A stretch of 64,000 nt of DNA. It comes from Candidatus Poribacteria bacterium. Lineage in GTDB: Bacteria > Poribacteria > WGA-4E > PCPOR2b. The DNA is taken from contig OZ244042.1 in assembly GCA_965215015.1 (NCBI GenBank), positions 2,880,001 through 2,944,000 of the forward strand, read 5' to 3'. The notes beneath the pieces are model-generated. The model saw only the letters and a list, made by a program, of their open reading frames with translations. It was not told the origin of the DNA and did not search any database. Below are positions 9,435 through 19,611 of this stretch, in pieces (position 1 is the first letter of the stretch; the number at the start of each line of letters is the position of its first letter). The position numbers were made by a program, and so were the translations under genes.

Positions 9435-11165
9435 TTAGCAGGCACCACATTTCTTACAAACGGTGGTATCGCACGGACTCGTCATGAACCGCTTTTCGTG
9501 CTTATTGTGTTCGAGGCGTAGAAACTCTGGCTTGACATTTAGATCGAGGTAATCCCACGGATTGAACTCACCGATAGAACGTGGACGCAGGGCGTAAAAA
9601 TCGGGATCCAAACCATGTTTGCGGAAGGTGGCTTTCCACGCTCGCCCTTTGGCAAGATCCAAAATAACCCGACTCAGTCGTCGGTCGCCTCTGGCAAATA
9701 CTGCTTCCTGATACGCAAGTCGTGCGCTTGCTGAAGAGAACTTCATTCCACCAATGCGTCCCAACTCTTTTTTTAGGAAGGTGAGTTTGCGAGAGATTGT
9801 CTTCGGATCTTCCATCGCAACCCATTGGAAGGGCGTGTGGGGTTTAGGGACCATCGGCGAAATGGTGAAACCGATCCGTGCCATCCGTCCAGACTTTTTG
9901 GCGTAAGGGAGAATAATAGATCGCATCTCCGTCGCCATGTCAACAATGGCTTCAACATCGGCGGAGGTTTCGTGGGGCACACCAATTAAGAAATAGAGGC
10001 GGAGGTTGAGGATGTCCCGTTTGACAGCTTCTTCGAGGACATGATATAGACGTTCACGGGGGATTGCTTTGTTGACAACTTTTTGTAGATTTTCGGTGGC
10101 GACTTCCGGTGCAATCGTGATGGTGCCTTGTTCGCTGTCAGCAAGCGCGTCGAGCAAGGGGGGACGAACGGTTTCTGCCCGCAGGGAAGCACAGGAGATG
10201 CGGAAGCCTCTCTCTACCAAGCCTGTCGCAATCTTATCGATATCCGGGTGATCTGAGATTGACGCTCCGACTAGACCGATCCGGTCCGTGATACCACGGG
10301 CTTGTTCGGCGAGTTGAAGCGTGTTCTCTACAGATCGATGTCTTGGCCATCGCCGAGCATAGTCCGCCACGCAAAAGCGGCATTGCCGCCCGCAGCCACG
10401 TACAATCTCAATCAGGTGTGCGTTAGAAAATTCCGTATTCGGTGTAAAGATTTTCGTACAAGTTTCGGCGTCATCAAGGCTCGGAATCGCCCCAGAACGG
10501 ATGCGAGCGGGTGCAGGTGATTTTGCTCGCATCTCTTCAATGCCGCCTTCATCATTATAATTGACTTCATAAAAGCGCGGGACATACAGCCCGGGTACTG
10601 TTGCCAGCTCCCATAACAACTCTTCTTTAGATGCTTCTTCCTCCTTCCACTTCCCAAAAATATCCATAAGATAATGAATGGTCATCTCTGCTTCGCCAAC
10701 AACAAAAACATCAATGAAATCGGCAATAGGTTCGGGGTTATAGGAGATATTGATACCGCCCGCAATAACGAGTGGGTCGGCATCCGACCTATCAGCAGCA
10801 AGAGGCTCAAGTCTCGCCATCTCTAGCGTGGTCGGAATATTAACGTAATCCGATTCAAATGAGACGGAAAATCCAAGTAGATCGAACTGATTGAGTGGGG
10901 TTTGTGTTTCAAAGGAAAATAGCGTGGCCCGGCGGTCGTCGAGTTGATGTACCATCCGCGGTTCAGGAAGGAATGCGCGTTCGCAGGAGGTATCCTCGCG
11001 CTGATTGAGGAGAGAGTAGATGACTTGAAGTCCAAGGCTCGACATGCCGAGGGAATAGGCCCCCGGGTAAATCAGCGCAAACCGATTTTCCTTTCTAAAA
11101 TTGAAGGGTGGGCGGTGCTCCGCCTTGAGAAGTTCTCGGTAGGTTTGGCGTAAAACTCGTTGCAT
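9435..11165 (-). CDS. B12-binding-domain radical SAM protein (TIGR03960-like)
   Basis: YP..Y.LGMSSLG, RGCGRQCRFC motif, C-terminal C-x4-C-x2-C-x2-C. Confidence 0.85.
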   Translation of the reverse strand: MQRVLRQTYRELLKAEHRPPFNFRKENRFALIYPGAYSLGMSSLGLQVIYSLLNQREDTSCERAFLPEPRMVHQLDDRRATLFSFETQTPLNQFDLLGFSVSFESDYVNIPTTLEMARLEPLAADRSDADPLVIAGGINISYNPEPIADFIDVFVVGEAEMTIHYLMDIFGKWKEEEASKEELLWELATVPGLYVPRFYEVNYNDEGGIEEMRAKSPAPARIRSGAIPSLDDAETCTKIFTPNTEFSNAHLIEIVRGCGRQCRFCVADYARRWPRHRSVENTLQLAEQARGITDRIGLVGASISDHPDIDKIATGLVERGFRISCASLRAETVRPPLLDALADSEQGTITIAPEVATENLQKVVNKAIPRERLYHVLEEAVKRDILNLRLYFLIGVPHETSADVEAIVDMATEMRSIILPYAKKSGRMARIGFTISPMVPKPHTPFQWVAMEDPKTISRKLTFLKKELGRIGGMKFSSASARLAYQEAVFARGDRRLSRVILDLAKGRAWKATFRKHGLDPDFYALRPRSIGEFNPWDYLDLNVKPEFLRLEHNKHEKRFMTSPCDTTVCKKCGAC

Positions 11166-11188
11166 AACAATTTTGGCGAGGCCACCCC

Positions 11189-12442
11189 CTATTTTTTGTC
11201 CTTCATATTGCGGACTCGCAAAAACGCTGGGATATCCAGTAAATCCTCATCATCTGTCGCAATGTCAGGTTTGACTACACCACTTTTGGGTTGCTCTGGC
11301 ATCGCCTGTGCCCCCGGCGCAAATGAATCTGACCGTCCTCTATCATAATTGGTTTGCCTTGCGTCTCCTGAACCACGTGCCCCCCGGTCAACCCGTGGGA
11401 AATTACGTCCCAAGAACTCTTCCAGATTCACAATATCGGCTTGCCCTGCTGCCTGCCTATTGCTTCGAGTTTGTGGGTCAAATCCTGTTGCGATTACAGT
11501 CACACGTAGTTCGTCTTCCAAACTGTCGTCATAAGCCAGCCCAAAAATTACTTGCTCTGTATCCGAAGCCTCCCGGATAACCTCCATGGCATCTTCCAAT
11601 TCGTGCATCGCCATGTCGCTCGGCCCCGTGATATTCACGATAATTCCTGTTGCGCCCTCAATGGAGTTTTCTTCCAACAATGGCGAGAGGATAGCTCGTT
11701 TTGCTGCACCTTGGGCACGATTGTCGCCTGTTCCGGCACCAATTCCCATCAATGCCCCCCCCGCTTTAGACATAATCGTTCTGACATCGGCAAAGTCAAG
11801 ATTAATTTCGCCAGGGACCATAATCAGATCGGAAATACTCTGGACAGCGTGTAGTAAGATTTGATCTCCCATCCGAAATCCCATTTGTATCGGCATATTC
11901 CGATCCGCTTCCTCAATAAGGCGTTGGTTCGGAATAACAATAACGGAGTCAGTGTTCTCGCGCATCTCATTTACACCTGCTTCCGCTTGGATGGCTCGCC
12001 GCCTTCCCTCAAAGGTAAATGGACGTGTAACAACACCGATTGTCAAGGCTTCCGTCTCCGTGGCAAGGTTTGCAATGATAGGGGCTGCGCCTGTGCCGGT
12101 ACCGCCTCCCATGCCTGCGGTAACGAATACCATATCCGCGTCTTCGACAATACTTCGGAGGTTTTCCTTGCTCTCCTCTGCTGCCTTACGTCCTACCTCC
12201 GGGTTCGATCCAGCACCGAGCCCTCCTGTTGTATTTTCGCCAATCTTCACCCGGGTTGCATTATGACACGTTCTTAGTGCCTGAACATCGGTATTGACTA
12301 CATAGAATTCCACACCCGCTAATTCGGCCTCAATCATGCGCCGGACAGCGTTGCTTCCGCCGCCGCCAACACCGATGACTTTAATACGAGCGACATTTGC
12401 AAATTCATCCTGTTCAACAAATTCGATCACATTATCATTCAT
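11189..12442 (-). CDS. ftsZ: Cell division protein FtsZ
   Basis: GVGGGGSNA, GGGTGTG tubulin signature, C-terminal LDIPAFLR. Confidence 0.98.
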   Translation of the reverse strand: MNDNVIEFVEQDEFANVARIKVIGVGGGGSNAVRRMIEAELAGVEFYVVNTDVQALRTCHNATRVKIGENTTGGLGAGSNPEVGRKAAEESKENLRSIVEDADMVFVTAGMGGGTGTGAAPIIANLATETEALTIGVVTRPFTFEGRRRAIQAEAGVNEMRENTDSVIVIPNQRLIEEADRNMPIQMGFRMGDQILLHAVQSISDLIMVPGEINLDFADVRTIMSKAGGALMGIGAGTGDNRAQGAAKRAILSPLLEENSIEGATGIIVNITGPSDMAMHELEDAMEVIREASDTEQVIFGLAYDDSLEDELRVTVIATGFDPQTRSNRQAAGQADIVNLEEFLGRNFPRVDRGARGSGDARQTNYDRGRSDSFAPGAQAMPEQPKSGVVKPDIATDDEDLLDIPAFLRVRNMKDKK

Positions 12443-12899
12443 GATTTTCGGTTAGACTCCTGTTGACGAAGTAACCTAATTCCTCCTTTGTCTTATACAT
12501 ACCCGAGCGTCAAGATGTGAGTGCAACGCGGCCTAAAATCTGACCATCTCTAAACTCCACCTGGTAAACCGAAAATCCGAATCTCATGAGCACGGGTTGA
12601 TTTCTCCCATACTTATAGGAATTTGGCTCTCGTGTGGGGAAGGAGGATTGGGATGACTCAAGACTTGCACCGAAGTGTACTCAATTTTGACATTAGAAAT
12701 TTCTTCCCTACCCAATTTGGCTCCAATTTCAATTCCATCAGAGCGGAATCTTTGGTCAAGCCGGAACCAGCCGGAGCTTGGAAATTGTGAATTCATCTCG
12801 GATCGACGTTTCTATATTTTTAACGGAAAACTACAATACATATCAAAGCAGCAGGCCGCAAACAATGCACGAAACATCTGGGCCACACACTATTTTCAG

Positions 12900-12928
12900 A
12901 TTATAGAGAATCGGTAAATTAAAGTCAA
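12900..12928 (-). promoter_or_regulatory. Consensus sigma70 promoter upstream of ftsZ
   Basis: TTGACT-17-TATAAT on the minus strand, ~450 nt before the ftsZ ATG. Confidence 0.7.
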
Positions 12929-12970
12929 TACTTTTTTGTAGATACTACAAAATCTCGACTGGACTTTGCA

Positions 12971-14212
12971 CTACAACCAATCTTGAAACCAATGTTTCAT
13001 ACGTTTGAAAATTTGATCAAATAGGTTTGTTCCTTTGATGAAGGTCCTTTTGGGGGCCCGGTAGTGTTCCATCGCACCCGCAAGGACAAGCCCAACCCCT
13101 GTTGCATAAACTGGACTGTGTATTTTCTCGGTTAATCCTTTCAGTGGGCAGGGGTACCCAATCCGCACTGGACAAGGAAAAGTCTGTTCAGCAGATTCAA
13201 GCAGCCCATCAAGGAGTGCAGTGCCACCGGTAAGCACGACCCCGGCCGGAATGGTGAGATTGCAATTGTAAATTTCCTGACCAATTAGACTTAAGAATTC
13301 GTCCATACGACACTGAATAATTTCTGCCAGATCTCGTCGAGTGATGAAACGCGGTTTGTGCATACCTCCAACTGTCGAAATCTGAATGGCGTCATTCTGA
13401 TCCACAAAGTCAACCGATGCACAACCGTAGCGCAGTTTAATCTTGTCTGCATCTTGTGGTGTTATTTTTAACAGTTGTGCGATATCATTGGTGATATGAT
13501 GCCCGCCCAGTGAGAGCACTGCGGAATGATGGAGAGCACCGTCCTTATAAACGACCACATCTGTGGTTCCTCCACCCATGTCGGCGAGCGCAACGCCCGC
13601 TGCTTTTTCCTCAGTGGTCAAGACTGCTTCCGCGGAGGCGATAGGTTCTAAAATAATATCTTCAACAGAAACCCCCGCATTATAAATACTTTTGACAAGG
13701 TTTTGTGCGGATGCCACGGCCCCGGTAATGATGTGAACATAAGCTTCAAGACGAACTCCAGACATACCGACTGGATCTTTAATACCATCCTGATCATCAA
13801 CGATAAAACCTTGTGGAACCACATGAAGGATCTCCCGTTCAACAGGAATTTTCATCGCTTGGGCAGCGTTGATTGCGCGTTCGACATCGGACTGTGTAAT
13901 CTCGTGTCCTTCTCCTGACACTGCAACGAGTCCGTGGGAAGTTTGTCCGGTGATATGTCCACCTGCAATGCCGGCATATACAGATCCAATCTGCACGCCT
14001 GCCATGAGTTCAGCGATTTCAATGGCTTGACGAATCCCCGTTGTTGTGAGATCTATATCAACAACAACCCCCTTCCGCAACCCTTCGGAAGGGGCGGTTC
14101 CAACACCTATTATTTCAATTTTTTCTGGATCGCCCTGCCAAGTATTCCCGATAATAGCAGCAATTTTGCTAGTACCGATATCTAGGCCAACGATGATCTC
14201 TTCTGCCGCCAT
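12971..14212 (-). CDS. ftsA: Cell division protein FtsA
   Basis: GLDIGTSKI, DMGGGTTD, VLTGG motifs; ATG at 14212 follows the ftsQ stop with SD GGAGG. Confidence 0.97.
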   Translation of the reverse strand: MAAEEIIVGLDIGTSKIAAIIGNTWQGDPEKIEIIGVGTAPSEGLRKGVVVDIDLTTTGIRQAIEIAELMAGVQIGSVYAGIAGGHITGQTSHGLVAVSGEGHEITQSDVERAINAAQAMKIPVEREILHVVPQGFIVDDQDGIKDPVGMSGVRLEAYVHIITGAVASAQNLVKSIYNAGVSVEDIILEPIASAEAVLTTEEKAAGVALADMGGGTTDVVVYKDGALHHSAVLSLGGHHITNDIAQLLKITPQDADKIKLRYGCASVDFVDQNDAIQISTVGGMHKPRFITRRDLAEIIQCRMDEFLSLIGQEIYNCNLTIPAGVVLTGGTALLDGLLESAEQTFPCPVRIGYPCPLKGLTEKIHSPVYATGVGLVLAGAMEHYRAPKRTFIKGTNLFDQIFKRMKHWFQDWL

Positions 14213-14213
14213 C

Positions 14214-15053
14214 TTATTGCCCTCCCCAATATATAGCGTCTTCAAACCGAGCGTCCAAATAGCCATTCAGAGGATTTGGAGCGTGTTGTCCTTTCTTCAT
14301 AAGCGCCGGTTGATTTTTCATAAATAGATTAATGTGATAAATGCCAGTTTTAATCAAATCCGATGAAATCCATGCTATAGGAATATTGCTGAATTCGAGA
14401 GTTATCTTATCCGGGTGATTTGCATCAATTTTTTGTAGCGTAGGGACAATCTCCGGTGTTAGATTCAGCACTAAGTTGAGCACATTCAGGGCAAGTTGAA
14501 CACTATCAGAATCAACTCGATCTCCCACGTCGGGAATGTACTGTTCATTACCGATAATCGTAACAACTGAATCGGGAGCTGGTAGGGAGTTTACATATTC
14601 TAACACATACCCCTCAAGGTCAATCAACACCAAGGAAATACGACTATTTTCAGGATATTTCAATAATGCAACAGGTTCTCTTTCAGTTATCTCAAGCTTT
14701 AACGAGCGTTTTAGAATATTTTTTGAAATGTGTGCTTGTTTGACGTAACTCAGTTTTTGTTTGAGACGTTCTTCAATTACAGACCTTGAAATGGTATGTA
14801 CATCACTTTGTCGAGGGCTTAAATCTAAAGCGGCAATCACTTCCTTTTGCGTATAGTGCGCGTTGCCGGAAACGGCAATTTGTTTCACACGAAAGAAACC
14901 AACCTTTAATGTCAAGTAGTGAATGAAAAGCAACCCAATTATACATACTATGCCAATTATTAAATACCGTCCAACATGGCAAGGAGAATCTTCAGGTGCT
15001 GAAAGTAGCCGGTCTTTAAACCGATTAGAAAATTGAAGTGATGAAAATCGCAC
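14214..15053 (-). CDS. ftsQ: Cell division protein FtsQ/DivIB
   Basis: Single TM, POTRA (VKQIAVSGN...EREPVA), C-terminal YLDARF; directly upstream of ftsA. Confidence 0.85.
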   Translation of the reverse strand: MRFSSLQFSNRFKDRLLSAPEDSPCHVGRYLIIGIVCIIGLLFIHYLTLKVGFFRVKQIAVSGNAHYTQKEVIAALDLSPRQSDVHTISRSVIEERLKQKLSYVKQAHISKNILKRSLKLEITEREPVALLKYPENSRISLVLIDLEGYVLEYVNSLPAPDSVVTIIGNEQYIPDVGDRVDSDSVQLALNVLNLVLNLTPEIVPTLQKIDANHPDKITLEFSNIPIAWISSDLIKTGIYHINLFMKNQPALMKKGQHAPNPLNGYLDARFEDAIYWGGQ

Positions 15054-15317
15054 GAAATATAGACCGAGTAGATGCGTATGTTAGATGTAAATCTCCATAG
15101 CAAATGAAAGCCTGCTCTCGAGCTGCTAAAAAGTAATCCCTATAACATTTTAATCTGGATACCTCTGGGATGGGGCACAGTTTTCACGATCAGGATTCAT
15201 CATAAATCCTTAGAATCTGTTCCGAAGGTTGGTTCTACCAATACCCGGGTAATGACACTTGAATTTATATTTGAGCGGGGCTGCTCGTTTTCTTTTGCTA
15301 GCATCCCGGGTACATCG

Positions 15318-15515
15318 TCAGGCTTGATCTTGATTTGTCGAATCAGAAACATCATTCACCTCCGCCAGATCTTCTTCCTCTTGATATTCTTCGTAAAACT
15401 CAAGGACACAAAGTCGTATGACCTGACTGATGGACATACGTTTGAGCTTGGCATATTTCTTCACGAAATCGTGCAAATCCTTATCCAATCGAAATTGTAC
15501 AACTTGTTTAGCCAT
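15318..15515 (-). CDS. Small ribbon-helix-helix (CopG-like) DNA-binding protein with acidic tail
   Basis: MAKQVVQFRLDKDLHDFVKKYAKLKRMSISQVIR fits the RHH pattern; own promoter TTGATA-17-TATAAT at 15554-15526. Confidence 0.7.
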   Translation of the reverse strand: MAKQVVQFRLDKDLHDFVKKYAKLKRMSISQVIRLCVLEFYEEYQEEEDLAEVNDVSDSTNQDQA

Positions 15516-15800
15516 GATGTAATTGATTATACGACAAACAATTGCAAATATCAACTAAAATTTAACGCAATTTACCCCCAATCGTGCTTTTTGTGCGATT
15601 TTTTGTGTGTTTTCAAAAAAACACACAATATCTCGTAGCTTCCCCATCTAAGAAGGCATCTCCGCTAACAAAAATCTATCTTTCTCTGCGAATGATGCGA
15701 AGGAGAATCAAAGGAAAATCTAGGGATTTTGCGTCTTCTTAACAAACACAACATACCGGTGCACTCTATTCAAAAGATTTGAATCGAGCGAAAATTCTGT

Positions 15801-17189
15801 TCAATCTCTGTTCGACACCCCATTGGCGTCATCCAGTTTTTCCAATAATTCACGGCCAACCTGCCAAATGTCGCCAGCCCCAACTGTGATAACAATATCA
15901 TTCGGACGAACGATTTCTACCAGAGTTTCTATAATCTTATTTTTATTAGGAATATAAATTACATGCCGATGTCCGTATGCTTGAATCGCATGTGCTAGTT
16001 TTTCTGCAGTCACTCCTTCGACGGGGGCCTCCCCGGCACCATAGATTGAGGTAACGATGAGCACGTCCGTTTGATAGAACGATCTCGAAAACTCTTCAGC
16101 AAGATGCTTTACCCGCTGATAACGGTGTGGCTGAAAAACAGCAACGATACGGCGATTATAGCTTTCACGGGCCGCACTAAAGGTTGCTTTTAATTTCGAT
16201 GGATTGTGTGCATAATCGTCAACCACAATGATGTCGTTGATCTGACCAATAATTTCAAAACGACGATGGACCCCTCGAAAAGATTCTAAGGCCTCTCGAA
16301 TGGCATCGAATGGCACCCCTAACTCCAAGCCAACGGCGACCGCCGCCAGTGAGTTTAAGATATTGTGGTTGCCCGGCATTTTGAGATGGATTGTTCCCAA
16401 TACTGCTCCGTGTGCATGGATGCGGTAGTGAGAAGTGGGGCCATCAACACTCAACCGTTCTGCCCTCAGGTCTGCACGGGTGTCAATTCCATAAGTCAGA
16501 TAGCGTTTTTCGATTCGAGGAATTAGCTGCTGGATATTTTCCTGATCCAAACATAGTACCGCAGTGCCGTAAAAGGGGACTTTGTTGATAAATTGTAGAA
16601 ACGTCTCCCCAATTTCTTCGACGCTGTTATAATAGTCAAGATGATCGGCATCGACCGATGTCACTACGGCGATTGTTGGGAAGAATTTTTCAATGGAACC
16701 GTAGGCTTCGTCCGCCTCAACAACCATCATCTCTCCTCGCCCGATTCGAGCATGACTGCCCAAACTGACCAGTTTCCCACCGACAACAACGGTTGGATCC
16801 AGTTTGTCCAGTACAGCTGCTGTCATCGCGGTTGTCGTAGTTTTTCCGTGCGTGCCGCTCACTGCGATACTGAACTTCATCCGCATAATCTCCGCGAGCA
16901 TTTCTGCCCCGCGAATAACAGGGATCTTGCGTTCCTTTGCTGAGACCACCTCAGGGTTCTGAAGTGAAACGGCGGGAGACATCACCACAACATCTGCACC
17001 GGCAATCTGTTCTGCCGCGTGACCATAATACACACGTGCCCCTAATGCTGCTAAGCGTTCGGTGGCCTCTGTTTCGCGCAAATCAGATCCGGACACCTGA
17101 AAATTGAGATTCAACAAAATTTCAGCAATCCCGCTGAGTCCTGCACCACCAATGCCGATGATGTGAATGTGCCGAGTTTTTCCAAACAT
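15801..17189 (-). CDS. murC: UDP-N-acetylmuramate--L-alanine ligase
   Basis: GIGGAGLS, GTHGKTTT, EADE, DDYAHNP, FQPHRY. Confidence 0.97.
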   Translation of the reverse strand: MFGKTRHIHIIGIGGAGLSGIAEILLNLNFQVSGSDLRETEATERLAALGARVYYGHAAEQIAGADVVVMSPAVSLQNPEVVSAKERKIPVIRGAEMLAEIMRMKFSIAVSGTHGKTTTTAMTAAVLDKLDPTVVVGGKLVSLGSHARIGRGEMMVVEADEAYGSIEKFFPTIAVVTSVDADHLDYYNSVEEIGETFLQFINKVPFYGTAVLCLDQENIQQLIPRIEKRYLTYGIDTRADLRAERLSVDGPTSHYRIHAHGAVLGTIHLKMPGNHNILNSLAAVAVGLELGVPFDAIREALESFRGVHRRFEIIGQINDIIVVDDYAHNPSKLKATFSAARESYNRRIVAVFQPHRYQRVKHLAEEFSRSFYQTDVLIVTSIYGAGEAPVEGVTAEKLAHAIQAYGHRHVIYIPNKNKIIETLVEIVRPNDIVITVGAGDIWQVGRELLEKLDDANGVSNRD

Positions 17190-17208
17190 GGGTGTAAACT
17201 TTCTAAAT

Positions 17209-18351
17209 TTAAGGATTATGTTTCAGAAAAGAAAAGATTGATTGGGCAATTTCTTCGCCGGCGTGCGGATTGCCTAACTGGCGACTTCGATATGCCATCT
17301 GTTGATGCTTTTCTGGATCGTCTATAATTTTGATAATTGCTTCAGCAAGTTTGCTGCCCGTTAATGTGCGTTGATTCAGCACAACCCCTCCACCTGCGTC
17401 TGCAATTGCTTGGGCATTCAATCTCTGATGATCTCCGGCAGCGGTTGGTAAAGGAATAAAAATTGCTGGAATACCACACGCGGTGATTTCGGCAATTGTC
17501 ATACCCCCCGCTCGACATACCATCAAATCAGCAATACTGTAGATTGTTTCAATAGGATCAAAGTACGGTTGCACCCAATGTTGTATTGAGGAGGTTTGAT
17601 ACCGCGCTTTAACTGCTTCATAATCAGTCTGACCTGTCTGATGGACGAACTGAAGCTGTTGATGGAATGACTCTAAAGTATCTAGGGCCTCCCTCACATT
17701 TTGGTTAATTGCTTGTGCGCCTTGGCTGCCGCCCATCACAAATACAGTTTTTCGTTCCGGGTCTAGTCCAAGTGAATCGTAAGTTTCACGGTTTCGTTCA
17801 ATAGATCCGATTGTTCGGCGGATAGGGTTCCCCACCACCACCGTTTTCTCAGTTAGAAAGTGTGTGCCAGCAGTTTCAAGCGCAAGATAAATCGTTTTTG
17901 TCCAACGCGCTAGGATGCGATTTGTCAGTCCAGGTACAGCATTCTGTTCCTGTATGACTGCCGGGATACCGAGTAAAATAGCTGCCAAAAGCACAGGGCC
18001 GCAGACATATCCCCCTGTTCCCACCACAACGCTGGGTTTCAAGTTTTTGAGCAGCCCTAATGATTTTACAAAACCGGAACAGACCTTGTAAATAACAGGT
18101 ATCCATTGCCATGTTAATTTGCGCGGAAAACCGGCAACGGAAATCGGTAGGAAGCGAAAACCGTGCTGCGGGACGAGGGTTGATTCGAGCCGGTCTGCTC
18201 CACCGATGAAAACAACTTCGGTCTTTGCGTCGAGTTGTATCAGTTCTTTAGCAATACCGATTGCCGGATAGATGTGACCGCCTGTACCACCCCCCGAAAT
18301 CACAATTCGCGACATCAACTTAGACCTCATTCGTACTATGTGTGCTCCCAC
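17209..18351 (-). CDS. murG: Undecaprenyl-PP-MurNAc-pentapeptide GlcNAc transferase
   Basis: GGGTGGHIYP, GGY, GNPIR, GGSQGA; true start probably slightly downstream. Confidence 0.97.
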   Translation of the reverse strand: MGAHIVRMRSKLMSRIVISGGGTGGHIYPAIGIAKELIQLDAKTEVVFIGGADRLESTLVPQHGFRFLPISVAGFPRKLTWQWIPVIYKVCSGFVKSLGLLKNLKPSVVVGTGGYVCGPVLLAAILLGIPAVIQEQNAVPGLTNRILARWTKTIYLALETAGTHFLTEKTVVVGNPIRRTIGSIERNRETYDSLGLDPERKTVFVMGGSQGAQAINQNVREALDTLESFHQQLQFVHQTGQTDYEAVKARYQTSSIQHWVQPYFDPIETIYSIADLMVCRAGGMTIAEITACGIPAIFIPLPTAAGDHQRLNAQAIADAGGGVVLNQRTLTGSKLAEAIIKIIDDPEKHQQMAYRSRQLGNPHAGEEIAQSIFSFLKHNP

Positions 18352-18444
18352 AGCCTACTGCGTAAAGCGTAACGGTTTGTCAGATAAGGGGTCCTCTCGC
18401 GACAGTGGGAACCGTTGAACCGGCCGAGACACTTGCCGATAAAC

Positions 18445-19611
18445 TTATCTCGATTGGCTCATGTGGCGTGAGATGTTCAACAAAATTCCAATGCTGAACA
18501 GGCTGACTAAGAGTGATGAACCACCGTAGCTTATGAAAGGCAGCGTAATCCCTTTCGCAGGCAACATACCGGTTACCACACCAATATTGAAAACTGTTTG
18601 TAATCCGATGAGTGTGGTAATTCCGATAGCAATCAAACATCCAAAGGCATCCGTGGTATGTTGGGCAATATGAATGCCCCTCCAGATGAGCAACATAAAC
18701 AGGGCAATAATACCAACTCCACCAACGAAACCGAGTTCTTCACCGAGAATCGCAAAAATGAAATCGGTATGCGGATAAGGGAGATGAAAGAGCTTAAAAA
18801 TGCTATTGCCAATGCCCGCACCGAATAATCCACCAAGAGCAAGGGCATTTAAGGATTGGTTAATCTGATAGTGCCCTTCATACGGAAATTTCAGCGAGCT
18901 CAGAAAACCGTGAATTCGCTGCATTTTATAGGTGTCGCCCTGTATCAAGGAATAAATGAAAAAACAGGCAATTCCGACAACAAGAATAATCTGTGACGGA
19001 CGCGCGCCTCCTACGAATAGCAGCGCGAGGACCAATAGGCTTAATAAAATCGCTGATCCAAAATCAGGTTGTTTGTATAAGAGGATAAATGTGATTGACA
19101 GGATAACAATGGTCGGCAGTACGCCTCGAGTGAAGCTATGAATCTGGTTACGTTTGTTGACGAGAAAGTGAGACACATAAATTATCATCCCAAGTTTTGT
19201 CAGCTCAACGGGTTGAAATTGAAAACCAGCAACCCGAATCCATCTATGAAATCGAATACCATCCGCCGAACGAACATTGAGTCCAATCGGAGAAAATACC
19301 AGCAACAAACCAATCAACGACAGGACCAAAATCAGCTTCGCGTACTTTTGATAATACTGATAAGGGAAGTGTGACGCGGCAAACATGCTAATCAAACCGA
19401 GCATGCAGGCGATTAGTTGCATCTTCAGATAGTGATAACTGTCTTTGCTATACAGTTCATAAGCAAGCATGTTGCTTGAACTGTAGACCATCACAATTCC
19501 GATTGCAACAAGACATAGCGTGATGAACAGTAGGACATGGTCTATCCCTCCTTTAATCGGATAATTTGTCCAGCTAAGTATCGGATTTTGGGATTGCTTC
19601 TGTTGATTCAA
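18445..19611 (-). CDS. ftsW: Peptidoglycan glycosyltransferase FtsW
   Basis: MVYSSS, FQPVE, QPDFGS, HTDFIF, LPFISYGGSS; probable TTG start at 19611 behind GGGAGG. Confidence 0.93.
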   Translation of the reverse strand: MNQQKQSQNPILSWTNYPIKGGIDHVLLFITLCLVAIGIVMVYSSSNMLAYELYSKDSYHYLKMQLIACMLGLISMFAASHFPYQYYQKYAKLILVLSLIGLLLVFSPIGLNVRSADGIRFHRWIRVAGFQFQPVELTKLGMIIYVSHFLVNKRNQIHSFTRGVLPTIVILSITFILLYKQPDFGSAILLSLLVLALLFVGGARPSQIILVVGIACFFIYSLIQGDTYKMQRIHGFLSSLKFPYEGHYQINQSLNALALGGLFGAGIGNSIFKLFHLPYPHTDFIFAILGEELGFVGGVGIIALFMLLIWRGIHIAQHTTDAFGCLIAIGITTLIGLQTVFNIGVVTGMLPAKGITLPFISYGGSSLLVSLFSIGILLNISRHMSQSR

